From contig OY782781.1 of the NCBI GenBank assembly GCA_963678315.1, positions 448,001-512,000 on the forward strand: a stretch of DNA of 64,000 nt. Reading direction: 5' to 3'. Made by a program: the position numbers and the translations under genes. The DNA is from Candidatus Cloacimonadales bacterium (GTDB lineage: Bacteria > Cloacimonadota > Cloacimonadia > Cloacimonadales > JAFGVF01). Numbering within the stretch: the first letter of the stretch is position 1; each line of letters begins with the position of its first letter. Shown piece after piece: positions 42,623-52,372 of this stretch. The notes below the pieces were generated by a model that was not told the origin of the DNA, searched no databases, and saw nothing but the letters and a program-made list of their open reading frames with translations.

Positions 42623-44851
42623 ATGAAACATAGAAAATTTATACTTCTGGCATTGTTACTCTTTACAATAGCAAGTATTAATGCTACTAATGCTTTAATA
42701 TGGAAGAAAGAGAATCCTACTGCGCATATTACAATTGAAGAAACAGGTCAAGTTGGAACTGCTGCTGATGCGATTAGTACTGTTTTAACTAGACTTGAAA
42801 TTGATAATATCATCACAACTCAACTTGAAGGTGACCTTAGTCAATACGACTTTATTGTTGTTTCTATGGGCACTTTCTGCGAGTCCTGAGGACTCACACC
42901 TCCGGGAGTCGTGAACTCCTCAGAAGAAAATATTTTAATTAGTTATCTCAATCAAGGTGGAGCAATTTACTTTGAAGGAGTTAATCTTGGCTATGACCAT
43001 AACGGCACAAACTTATGGAATTATACAGGTGTAGATTATCAAGGACAAGGAAATTTACACACAGGCATTGGTGATATTACTGGTGCTTCAGGAACATTCA
43101 TGGGTGAGAAAGAGATAAACTATCAAGTTAACACTTATGCAGACATACATAATAACAGATTTGGCGCTGGTTTAGGAGAAATACTTTTCCGTTCTGGAGA
43201 TAATCATGGAAGAGTAGTAGCTTATTCAAATGGCACTTATAGAATGATAACTTCTAGTTTAATATTTGGAGGATTCATAGATAATGGTGGCTTAAATACT
43301 AAGCTTAATGTTATGAAACTATACACTTCTTACCTGCTAAACAATCAACAAGCCGAGTTAAGCCTTAATTTAGAAGAAGTTGACTTTGGAGTTGTGAATC
43401 CAGGTCAAGAGACAACACAAACACTAGTTCTCCAAAATGTTGGTATGCAAGATTTAGAAATATCAAATTTATCTATTAGCAATTCCAATTTTAGCTTATC
43501 TTCCAATGAAAATATAGTTTTAGAATTTGGACACTCAGTAGAAATTGAAGTTAACTTCTCAGCAAATGAAGCTGGAGAATTTGAAGGTAATATTATGTTT
43601 GAGTCAAACGACCCCGACAATGCTAATATTACAATTCCTGTTTCTGTAAGTAACTTCACATTTCCCTCACTAGAATATCCAGAAGAATTGACCGCTGTTT
43701 CTAATAATGGAGATGGTGAGATTTCTTTTGAGCTTGATAACTCAGGCCAACAAGACCTTTCTTACTGGATTCAAGTACTTGATGCAAACAGACCTGACAA
43801 CTATGGTTATGAATGGCAAGACAGCAACAACTCAGATTTAGAATTTGAGTGGGTGGATATTTCTACTTATGGTACAGATATTAGCTTTGATGGGACAGAT
43901 GATTATGTTGATTTAGATCTACCTTTCCCATTCCCATTCTATGGTGAAATCAAAAATGAAGTTTCTATTTCTTCTAATGGTTATTTAACTTTCGGAACAG
44001 ATGGTATCGACTATAGTAACGATGAGATTACTTCTCCTATAAATCCGAATGATTTAATAGCAGTATTCTGGGATGACTTAAATGGAACTATAGGCAATGC
44101 TTACTACTATTACAATCCAGAAGAAATATCGCTTACTATTCAGTACTCTGACTTTGCATTCTTCAATGCTACTGGAGATTTGAACTTCCAAGTTAAGTTA
44201 ATGTATAACGGCGATATCTACTTCTATTATGACGAAATGGATGGTAACCTTTATAGCTCAACAATCGGTATAGAAAATGCCAATGCTACTGATGGACTAG
44301 AAGTTGCCTATAATGAAAATTTCTTAGAAAGCTATATGGCAATTAAAGTATCCTACAATGTTGATTGGGTTATCTTAGATAATTGGCAAGGTTTGATTAG
44401 CCAAGATTCACCTGAGACCTTTAATCTTGAATTCCCAACAGAGACTTTAGAGTCTGGAGAATACAATGCTATTTTAAGAGTAAATACAAATGCTCCAGAT
44501 AATATGATTGTTGATATTCCATTGAGTCTAATGGTAAATACAACATCTAATTCCAATACTGATACAAGTCCTGTATCTACTGTTCTAGGGCAAAACTATC
44601 CAAATCCTTTTAACCCTGAAACTAATATTTCTTTCAATCTAGCAAATGGAGGAGATATATCTTTAGCTGTTTATGATGTGAGAGGAAGAAAAGTAAAAGA
44701 TCTTGTTTCAGGCTACATGGACGCTGGTAACCACACTCTCGTCTGGAATGGAACAAATAACCAAAATGAAGGAGTTTCTTCAGGAATCTACTTCTACAAA
44801 ATTCGTAATGGGAAATATAGCAGAACTCGTAAAATGGTTCTGATGAAATAG
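42623..44851 (+). CDS. Candidate secreted selenoprotein (CxxU, Sec at codon 89) with Ig-like domains and FlgD-Ig/T9SS-CTD-like C-terminus
   Basis: GGAGA RBS and ATG at 42623, signal peptide MKHRKFILLALLLFTIASINA, single in-frame TGA at 42887-42889 in TGC-GAG-TCC-TGA, frame then open to TAG at 44851. Confidence 0.8.
42886..42923 (+). promoter_or_regulatory. Putative bacterial SECIS hairpin
   Basis: CTGAGGA(42886-92)/TCCTCAG(42917-23), TCAC/GTGA and CTC/GAG stems closing a G-containing loop (CGG, 42903-05); a GC-rich patch in an AT-rich gene. Confidence 0.72.
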
Positions 44852-44895
44852 TATCATATTAATGCATGATTGATGATGTATGATTAAGATTTAAG

Positions 44896-44923
44896 TGAAG
44901 GGTGTGAATATTCACACCCTTCA
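44896..44923. terminator. Hairpin/terminator after the candidate selenoprotein gene
   Basis: TGAAGGGTGTGAAT/ATTCACACCCTTCA perfect inverted repeat; U-tract weak. Confidence 0.6.
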
Positions 44924-44965
44924 GACTTTTAGTTAAGTCAAAACTCTTTGTTTTTGATTTATTTT

Positions 44966-45097
44966 GTAAGCAAGGACTGTGACAGGCGAAGACTGTTGCT
45001 TACAATCCTGTTATAATTTCGTAAGCAGGGATGCTTACAATCCAGTTATATTTCGTAAGCAGGGACTGTGACAGGCGAAGACAGTTGCTTACAATCC
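44966..45097. repeat. Three tandem family-D palindromes (long-short-long)
   Basis: GTAAGCA..GACTGTGACAGGCGAAGAC.GTTGCTTACAATCC at 44966 and 45055 flank GTAAGCAGGGATGCTTACAATCC at 45021. Confidence 0.85.
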
Positions 45098-45099
45098 GA

Positions 45100-45696
45100 T
45101 TATTTCAATTTTACAATGTAGTTAAGCATCTTTTTCTCAGAACCTAAGATATCGTCACACATCCACTGTTCCACGATATCAAATCTAGTGTTAAGAAGAT
45201 TAACTATTTGTCTGTGCTTATAATAGCTTGAAAAGATCCCCTTATCATCCTTACTTTCACCAGTTCCATCATATAAAGAGAAGAAAAAGACTCCTTTAAC
45301 CTTAATCTTAGACAGGAAGAACTGTAAATCTTCAGAACTGAGATGTTGTAAAGCTAGGTTACAGAAAAGGTGTTCAATTTCATAATCATGTTGAAAAGAA
45401 TTAACAAATTCAACATCAGAGAAGTCAATTAATGAGAAAGGACAAGCAAACCTAGTAGTAATCCATTCATAAAAACCAAGGACATTATCACTACCGTGAA
45501 TATTTCGGCCCTGACCAAATATATAGGTAAGGTTATTCCCAGAGCCTGTACCAAGTTCTAGAATTTTAGATTGTCCTTCAACATAAGCTAAAAACTTTTC
45601 AACTGCTTCTTGGTGGTACTTATCGAAAGTTTCAGCTATATAGTCTACACAAATTTTATCATAAATTTCCATATTATTATTAAGATAATTATCCAT
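45100..45696 (-). CDS. Class I SAM-dependent methyltransferase
   Basis: ILELGTGSG motif I, LALQHL; AGGAG RBS before the ATG at 45696. Confidence 0.8.
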   Translation of the reverse strand: MDNYLNNNMEIYDKICVDYIAETFDKYHQEAVEKFLAYVEGQSKILELGTGSGNNLTYIFGQGRNIHGSDNVLGFYEWITTRFACPFSLIDFSDVEFVNSFQHDYEIEHLFCNLALQHLSSEDLQFFLSKIKVKGVFFFSLYDGTGESKDDKGIFSSYYKHRQIVNLLNTRFDIVEQWMCDDILGSEKKMLNYIVKLK

Positions 45697-46939
45697 TCTT
45701 TCTCCTAAAAATATCACTAAAGTTAAGAATTAGATTTAAGGTAATCCCAATTACAGCTGCTAAGCCAAGCCCTTTTAATGTAAAATTACCATAGGTAAAT
45801 TCAGCGTTACCTAGTCCGATAACTAACATAGAGGCTGCAATTATAAGTATTTTAGGATTAGTAAAATCCACTTTAGCATCAATCATGTTCTTAATACCTA
45901 TTGAAGAAATCATTCCAAAAAGTAAAATAGATATTCCACCAATCACAGGACCAGGAATAACTTTAATTAATTCTGTGAATTTAGGAATAAAAGCTAAGAA
46001 AATAGCAAAAGTAGCAGCAACCCTCATTATAATAGGATTCTTATTACCAGTAAGTGCGATTGCTCCAGTATTTTCACTATAAGTAGTAAGAACTGGTCCA
46101 CCCATAGCTGATGAAATACATGATGCAACTCCATCGCCGAAAAGGGTTCTATGAACACCAGGATTCTTTAAGAAATCTTTTCCCACAACATTACCTATTG
46201 CTAGCACATCGCCAAAGTGTTCAACAATAGCAACAAAAGCAATTGGTACAGTGATAGACAAAGCACTTACAGAGAATTTTGGTGTTGTGAATTGAGGCAA
46301 GCCATACCAGCTAGCTTCTATAACTTTTGAGAAATCAATAATTCCCAAGATAGCTGAAATTGCAAAGCCAAAAATCAATGAGATAAGCACAGGTAGCATT
46401 GATAAGAACTTTAAACCAATCTTCTCAAAGTAGATCTTTACAAATACTGATACTGCAAAAGTAGAAAGAGCTAGAAGCCAACAGCCATTAGTTCCTATTT
46501 GAGCAGTTAGTGTTTGAGAATTTGCTCCATTAGCATTAGATATTGCTACAGGAGCAAGTATCAAACCAATCAGAACAATCATGGGACCTGTTACCCAAGC
46601 TGGAAGTATTTTATGTAAAACATCTATACTAATATACTTCAAGAGCAATGAGACAAGCATAAACATTACACCAACCCCAAAGATTCCACCTAAGGCATAA
46701 GCTTGGCCACTAGAAGCTGAAATCGAAGTTATTGCTGCAATAAAAGCAAATGATGAACCTAGATATATAGGCACAATACCCTTGGTTAGGATATGGAAAA
46801 TCAAAGTTCCTATTCCTGTAGCTAGCAGGGTTATTCCTACATCTAATCCTGTCAGGATTGGTACTAATACAGTAGCTCCGAACATCACAAAGGTATGTTG
46901 AAGCCCCATTATAACATTACGGCTATTTAAGTCTTTCAT
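45689..46939 (-). CDS. Uracil/xanthine permease (NCS2, UraA/PyrP-like)
   Basis: GLQHTFVMFGATVLVP, YLGSSFAF, EHFGD, TTYSENTG, GGISILLFGMI. Confidence 0.92.
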   Translation of the reverse strand: MKDLNSRNVIMGLQHTFVMFGATVLVPILTGLDVGITLLATGIGTLIFHILTKGIVPIYLGSSFAFIAAITSISASSGQAYALGGIFGVGVMFMLVSLLLKYISIDVLHKILPAWVTGPMIVLIGLILAPVAISNANGANSQTLTAQIGTNGCWLLALSTFAVSVFVKIYFEKIGLKFLSMLPVLISLIFGFAISAILGIIDFSKVIEASWYGLPQFTTPKFSVSALSITVPIAFVAIVEHFGDVLAIGNVVGKDFLKNPGVHRTLFGDGVASCISSAMGGPVLTTYSENTGAIALTGNKNPIIMRVAATFAIFLAFIPKFTELIKVIPGPVIGGISILLFGMISSIGIKNMIDAKVDFTNPKILIIAASMLVIGLGNAEFTYGNFTLKGLGLAAVIGITLNLILNFSDIFRRKNG

Positions 46940-47204
46940 GTTTACTCCTATATTTAACTCATTGTTTTTGAACTTCTACTGCCCCACAAGAGTATAAAAT
47001 TAGATTGTTAATAAGCCCTAGTGTGTCAAATAAAAAATGGGAGTTTGTATTAATTGCTTAGACAAACAACATTTATAAACGCTGTTAATATTAAACTCAA
47101 ACTTGAAATTTATTGACAATGGTATATTAATTGCATAATTTTACAAATAACTTATATTATAATGAATAGAAAAGAAAAATAGATACTTAGAGATGGGAGA
47201 GTAT

Positions 47205-49292
47205 ATGATAAAAATAGGTAGAAGCTTTATCTTTATATCGATGATGATATTATTGGTTAGCACTCTTTTTGGCGATGAAGTAACAAATCTTAATTATTCA
47301 CAAGATGGCAACAAAGGTTTAATCCAAGTAACTTATAATATCCCTAAAGGGGAGCATCAAAGCTATGTGGTAGAAGATGAATTTACTAATTTCTTTATTG
47401 AAGAACCATTTGATTACAAGAATAAAGGTGTTGAATTTGAAGCAACTATATATCCTAATATAGAAGGCAAGAAAAAAGGTGATATTGTTGAATATCATGA
47501 TTCTGTAACACTTACAAAGTCATTCACAATCACTGATGATACAATCAAAGAAGTAAAAATCGAGTATGGTTATAACTTCTGCTATGATGGAGGAGCTTGT
47601 CAGAGACCTATTATCCAGAGTTCTACTCTAGAAATTGAACCTTTTGAACTTGCACCAGAAGAAAAGAAGTTAACTTCACTTGAATATAGTCAAGAAGGTA
47701 ATAAAGGGTTAATCTCTGTAAAATATACAATCCCTAAAGGGGAACACCAATCTTATGAAGTTGGAGATGAATTTGCTAACTTCTTTATTGAAGAACCATT
47801 TGAATACAAGAATGAAGGTGTTGAGTTTGAAGCTACTCTTTATCCGATGACAGAGGATTCTAAAGCTGGAGAAATAGTTGAATACCACGACCAAGTAACT
47901 TTAACAAAAGCATTTAAGATTACCGATGCTTCAGTCAAAGAAGTAAAAATTGAATATGGCTATAACTACTGTTTTGATGGTGGTGCTTGCCAAAGACCTA
48001 TTATAGAAGAAGGGACTATAGAAATCCTTCCTGTTGATTCTGTTGCAGTAGCAAATTCAGCAAAAGAAGCAGCAGATTCTTCAAAAGTATTATACTTCTT
48101 GTTATTGGCATTTCTAGGTGGACTTATTCTTAACATTATGCCTTGTGTATTACCTGTTCTATCAATCAAAGCAATGAGTTTGGTAAATCAAGCTCACAAC
48201 GATAAAAAGCACATTTTAATGAGCTCTTTAGCCTATACCTTTGGAATAGTTCTTTCATTTATAATTTTAGCAAGCGTTGTTGTAGGTATTAAATCTACAG
48301 GCGACAGCTTAAGTTGGGGATTCCAGTTCCAAAATCCTTGGTTCGTATTCTCACTACTTATATTAATCTGGGTATTCACTCTTTCATTATATGAAGTCTT
48401 CCAAATCAGAGTTCCTGGTATGAACATGGCAACTCAAGCATCTACAAAAGGCGGACATTGGGGTTCTTTCCTAAGCGGTATCTTCGCAGTTCTACTTGCA
48501 ACTCCATGCACAGCTCCATTGCTAGCACCTGCTATCGGCTTTGCTTTCCAACAACCTCCATTCGTAATATTCTCATCATTCATTATGATTGGTCTTGGAT
48601 TAGCTTTCCCATTTATTCTATTAGGAATATTCCCTAAAGCAATTAAGTTCATTCCAAAACCTGGAAACTGGATGATTACATTCAAAGAATTCATGGGCTT
48701 CTTGCTCTTTGGTACTGCAATCTATCTTCTAAGAACCATGTACTTCCTACTTGATGGTGGTGCTTTCATGAATATAATCTGGTTCCTTCTTGTGCTAAGT
48801 ATTGGCTGTTGGATATACGGTAAATTCGCTGATCCTTCAAGTTCACCAAGAAAGCAATGGCTCTGGACTATCATAGCTCTTATCTTAATCTTTGGCTCTG
48901 GTCATTTCTTAATTGATTTCACACAAGACGGTCAAGCTGAAGTTAAAGGTATAGAAAAAGGCTGGGAGACATTTACTGAAGAAAAACTAAATGAATATAG
49001 GAACAATGATGAAGCAGTATTTATTGACTTCGGTGCTGAATGGTGCCTAACCTGTAAAACTAATGAGACTACTGTGCTTCATACAGAAAAGATTATGAAA
49101 GTATTTGAAGATAATAATGTTAAATTGCTCTTTGGAGATAATACAAGAAAGAATGAATTAGTCGAGAAATGGCTTGCTAAATATGAAAGAGCTGGTGTTC
49201 CTTTATATTTATACTTTGCTCCTGGCTCTGATGAAGCTGTTGTTCTTCCAGAAGTTATCACCAATAGTAATGTAACTGAATTGTTTGAATAA
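47205..49292 (+). CDS. DsbD family thiol:disulfide interchange protein with duplicated N-terminal domain
   Basis: Signal peptide, two Cx5C domains (CYDGGAC, CFDGGAC), TM domain with NIMPCVLP and ATPCTAP, thioredoxin domain AEWCLTC. Confidence 0.9.
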   Translation: MIKIGRSFIFISMMILLVSTLFGDEVTNLNYSQDGNKGLIQVTYNIPKGEHQSYVVEDEFTNFFIEEPFDYKNKGVEFEATIYPNIEGKKKGDIVEYHDSVTLTKSFTITDDTIKEVKIEYGYNFCYDGGACQRPIIQSSTLEIEPFELAPEEKKLTSLEYSQEGNKGLISVKYTIPKGEHQSYEVGDEFANFFIEEPFEYKNEGVEFEATLYPMTEDSKAGEIVEYHDQVTLTKAFKITDASVKEVKIEYGYNYCFDGGACQRPIIEEGTIEILPVDSVAVANSAKEAADSSKVLYFLLLAFLGGLILNIMPCVLPVLSIKAMSLVNQAHNDKKHILMSSLAYTFGIVLSFIILASVVVGIKSTGDSLSWGFQFQNPWFVFSLLILIWVFTLSLYEVFQIRVPGMNMATQASTKGGHWGSFLSGIFAVLLATPCTAPLLAPAIGFAFQQPPFVIFSSFIMIGLGLAFPFILLGIFPKAIKFIPKPGNWMITFKEFMGFLLFGTAIYLLRTMYFLLDGGAFMNIIWFLLVLSIGCWIYGKFADPSSSPRKQWLWTIIALILIFGSGHFLIDFTQDGQAEVKGIEKGWETFTEEKLNEYRNNDEAVFIDFGAEWCLTCKTNETTVLHTEKIMKVFEDNNVKLLFGDNTRKNELVEKWLAKYERAGVPLYLYFAPGSDEAVVLPEVITNSNVTELFE

Positions 49293-49303
49293 AGGATGGA
49301 TTT

Positions 49304-50398
49304 ATGATTAAAAAACTTTTAGTAATTGGATTAGTACTTATCTTAGCCCTCACAATTGTAAGTTGTGATAGATTTGATAAGCCTGTATCCGAAGATAACC
49401 AAGAACTTGAAACAGAGATTACTGAAGATTTCCAAGTCTTCATTGACCTAGCAAGTGTTACTAATTCTACGAATATCGATGAATTAATGGTCTTTTTTAC
49501 TGATGATTACCTTAACAATGGAGAGACAAAACAATCTATTCAGCAAAGAATCGAATCAATGTTTACTGCTTATAATAATGCATATATTACAGTGAGTCTC
49601 TTAGAAGTTAATGGAGTAAACATAAAATGGTCTTTATCTGCTTTTGACGCTAATCAAGATGTCTTTGATTCTATGGAATTCTATGATGTAATGCATGAAG
49701 TTAACGGTATGTACCTTCTTTATGGTAACCAACAACAAGCTCCTAACGATGAGAAGATGCCATTATTAGCTGAGATATTTACTGCTACATGGTGTGGAAC
49801 TTGTCCAGAAGTTGAAGCAGCTATTCATGATTACCAAATTAACAACCCAAGTAACTTCTTCTACTTAGAATACCATAATCAAGATGGACTTACAGAAGAC
49901 ATGGAGTTCTTTAGTTCTTTCTATGGTTTAACAACCACTCCAAATGCTATCATTCAAGGAAAAGATATTCTATCAAGTGATCAAATTGATGCTATCCCTA
50001 CTATTCTTGATTCTTATAAAGATACAGAAGCTTCTTTCAAGTTAAATAACTTCACTCAAATAGATGACCCTACTAACTTTGTAGCGACTGTAGAAATTGA
50101 AGCTCTTGGTGATGAATTACCTACTGCTGAGAATCTAAAGCTTAGATGGGCTTTCTACGAAGAAACTTCTTCTACAAACAACTATGCTGGTCAACCTTGT
50201 AGACATGTTGTGCTAACAGAAGGTTTCCTAGATGTTACTGCTGCTCAACTATCAGGAGAAAGCGTTAATTTGAATCTTAGTTACCCTAGAAGCAATGAAA
50301 CTGATCTAGGTATTGCTATCTGGTTACAACAATGTGGTGAGAGTTATGATGATACATCTATGGTTTATACCTGGACTAAACTAGAATTAGGAGAATAA
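49304..50398 (+). CDS. Omp28-related thioredoxin-fold lipoprotein
   Basis: Lipobox IVSC, EIFTATWCGTCP, LEYH, TP cis-Pro, C-terminal Ig-like region with RHVV. Confidence 0.75.
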   Translation: MIKKLLVIGLVLILALTIVSCDRFDKPVSEDNQELETEITEDFQVFIDLASVTNSTNIDELMVFFTDDYLNNGETKQSIQQRIESMFTAYNNAYITVSLLEVNGVNIKWSLSAFDANQDVFDSMEFYDVMHEVNGMYLLYGNQQQAPNDEKMPLLAEIFTATWCGTCPEVEAAIHDYQINNPSNFFYLEYHNQDGLTEDMEFFSSFYGLTTTPNAIIQGKDILSSDQIDAIPTILDSYKDTEASFKLNNFTQIDDPTNFVATVEIEALGDELPTAENLKLRWAFYEETSSTNNYAGQPCRHVVLTEGFLDVTAAQLSGESVNLNLSYPRSNETDLGIAIWLQQCGESYDDTSMVYTWTKLELGE

Positions 50399-50399
50399 A

Positions 50400-50918
50400 A
50401 TGAAATTTAGAAATATATTATTAGTTGTTTTGATTGTTACATTCACTATTGGATTAAGTGCTGAAAAGAAGTTTACTAACTTCAAGTTAGAAGATGCTAA
50501 GGGAAAGGTTTATAAACTTAATGACATTACAGATCAGAAGATTACTATTGTTGATTTCTGGCGTTCTGATTGTGACCCATGCAAGAAAGGTCTTCCTCAT
50601 TTAGATGAACTTTCTTCTGAATACGATAGCTTAAGAGTTGTTGCAATCAGCACAGATAATCCTAGATCTAAAAGAAAAGCATTAGCCTTTATCAAGTCTC
50701 AAAAGTTTGAATTCTTAACCTTATATGATTTAGATGGTAAAGTTCACGGTAAAATGAAATACCCTACAGTTCCTTATACTTACTTACTTGATAACCAAGG
50801 AAACATCTTGTTTGAGTTTGATTCTTCTCAACCAGGAGCTTTAGAGACTCTTAAGAGTGAACTAAACAAATATCTCACACCTCTTCATCATGATGATGAA
50901 AACATGCCAGAAGACTAG
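50400..50918 (+). CDS. TlpA/ResA-like thiol-disulfide oxidoreductase
   Basis: Signal peptide, VDFWRSDCDPCK, VAISTD, VPYTYLLD. Confidence 0.88.
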   Translation: MKFRNILLVVLIVTFTIGLSAEKKFTNFKLEDAKGKVYKLNDITDQKITIVDFWRSDCDPCKKGLPHLDELSSEYDSLRVVAISTDNPRSKRKALAFIKSQKFEFLTLYDLDGKVHGKMKYPTVPYTYLLDNQGNILFEFDSSQPGALETLKSELNKYLTPLHHDDENMPED

Positions 50919-50926
50919 TATTAGGA

Positions 50927-52360
50927 ATGCTTATGAAGAAAATAATATTTGTTCTATTACTTATTACAGCCTTTGGGCTCAGTGCTCAAGACCTCTACAT
51001 TTCTGGTTCTAATACTGCTGAGTATATCTACAAGTCAGCTGATGATTCTCTCAAGAACTACTTCGAAGATGAACTTAATCTTACCCTTGACTATAACAAG
51101 ATATCATTGGGCTTAACATTTAATGCTTATCTTCCTAAATATGATGAGAATGCACCAATAGAGAATCTTAACTCCGATGATATTGAATATGAATGGGAAG
51201 AACGTTATGTTAACTATTCAGGAGATAATATAGAATTTAGAGCTGGTACCATTGAAGATTACTTCGGTTCAGGCATGACATTCAGAGCTTATGAAGATGA
51301 AGACCTTGACCATGATAACAGACTTGAAGGTTTCATGGGCTACTTTGCTAATGATTACTTCAAAACTAAAGCTATTTATGGTGTAACAGAGAGTAAAAAC
51401 TATGCTGATAAGAATGATGCTTTTTATGGACTAGAAGCTTCTAGCAACTATGATTTCATTACCTTGGGTGGAAAAGCTCTCGGAGTAAGAGAACAAGTTC
51501 TTGCTGACTATTACAGTAACCGTAAAGTTTACGGTTCTGAACTTACCCTAGCTTTCGATGCTCTTGATTTCTATGTAGAATATGCTTACTCTGACTTAGA
51601 GAACATAAACAAATCAGAATATGGTCATGGACTTTACACTAACACTTCTTTATATGTTGGCGACTTCACTTTCACTGGTGGCTACAAATACTTCAAAGAT
51701 TTTGATTATAGATTCATTGACCTACCTACCTTAAACCATGCTGACGAGCCTCTTGATGATTACCAAGCTATTGGTTCTGATGAAGAAGGTTTCTTAGGTG
51801 AGATTAGCTGGAATAATTCATTCGGCGACCTCATGGCTTCTTATGCTGAAGCATGGTCAAGTGACTTTGATTACAAACTCTCTAATGGATATGGCGAGCT
51901 CCAAAAGGAGTTTGGAGAGAATATCTTCACCTTCGAATACGAACACTTTGAAAGAAAGCATAAATCAATAAACACTTGGAGTAAAGAATTAACCCCTGCT
52001 ATTGTTGCAGATATTCCTGTTACTAACAACTTCAAGCTTCACTTGAAAACTGAGTATGAAATGATAGAAGAAGTACACGGTTCTGAAGAAACTGAACATA
52101 TTGAACCTTTGCTTCAAACTGATTTCTTATTTAACAACTTTGGAATCTCTATTATTACTGAAGTTCAAATGGAAGACTTATCTGATACAGATAATGCAGA
52201 TTTCTGGCTTGGTGGAGAAGTTAAAGCTTCTATTATGGATAATACTGATTTACTTATCTTTGCGGGTAAGCAAAAAGGTGGTTCTGTATGTAGAAACGGT
52301 ACCTGTAAAGAAGTTAAGCCTTTCGAAGGTATAAAGTTCGAAATAACTACTAAGTTTTAA
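50927..52360 (+). CDS. Outer-membrane beta-barrel protein, DUF6029-like
   Basis: Signal peptide, FGSGM.FRAYED, C-terminal GGSVCRNGTCKEV..FEG and terminal Phe. Confidence 0.75.
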   Translation: MLMKKIIFVLLLITAFGLSAQDLYISGSNTAEYIYKSADDSLKNYFEDELNLTLDYNKISLGLTFNAYLPKYDENAPIENLNSDDIEYEWEERYVNYSGDNIEFRAGTIEDYFGSGMTFRAYEDEDLDHDNRLEGFMGYFANDYFKTKAIYGVTESKNYADKNDAFYGLEASSNYDFITLGGKALGVREQVLADYYSNRKVYGSELTLAFDALDFYVEYAYSDLENINKSEYGHGLYTNTSLYVGDFTFTGGYKYFKDFDYRFIDLPTLNHADEPLDDYQAIGSDEEGFLGEISWNNSFGDLMASYAEAWSSDFDYKLSNGYGELQKEFGENIFTFEYEHFERKHKSINTWSKELTPAIVADIPVTNNFKLHLKTEYEMIEEVHGSEETEHIEPLLQTDFLFNNFGISIITEVQMEDLSDTDNADFWLGGEVKASIMDNTDLLIFAGKQKGGSVCRNGTCKEVKPFEGIKFEITTKF

Positions 52361-52372
52361 GGAGAATAGATT

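Noticed and set aside
42911..44851. Independent gene starting at GTG 42911, or a nonsense pseudogene
   Set aside because: RBS spacing is poor and there is no signal peptide despite a secretion-type C-terminus; the CxxU context plus hairpin fits recoding better. It is not fully excluded.
46940..47192. PyrR attenuator upstream of the uracil permease
   Set aside because: No AGUCC-GAGAG-like PyrR binding motif or terminator/antiterminator pair was recognised.
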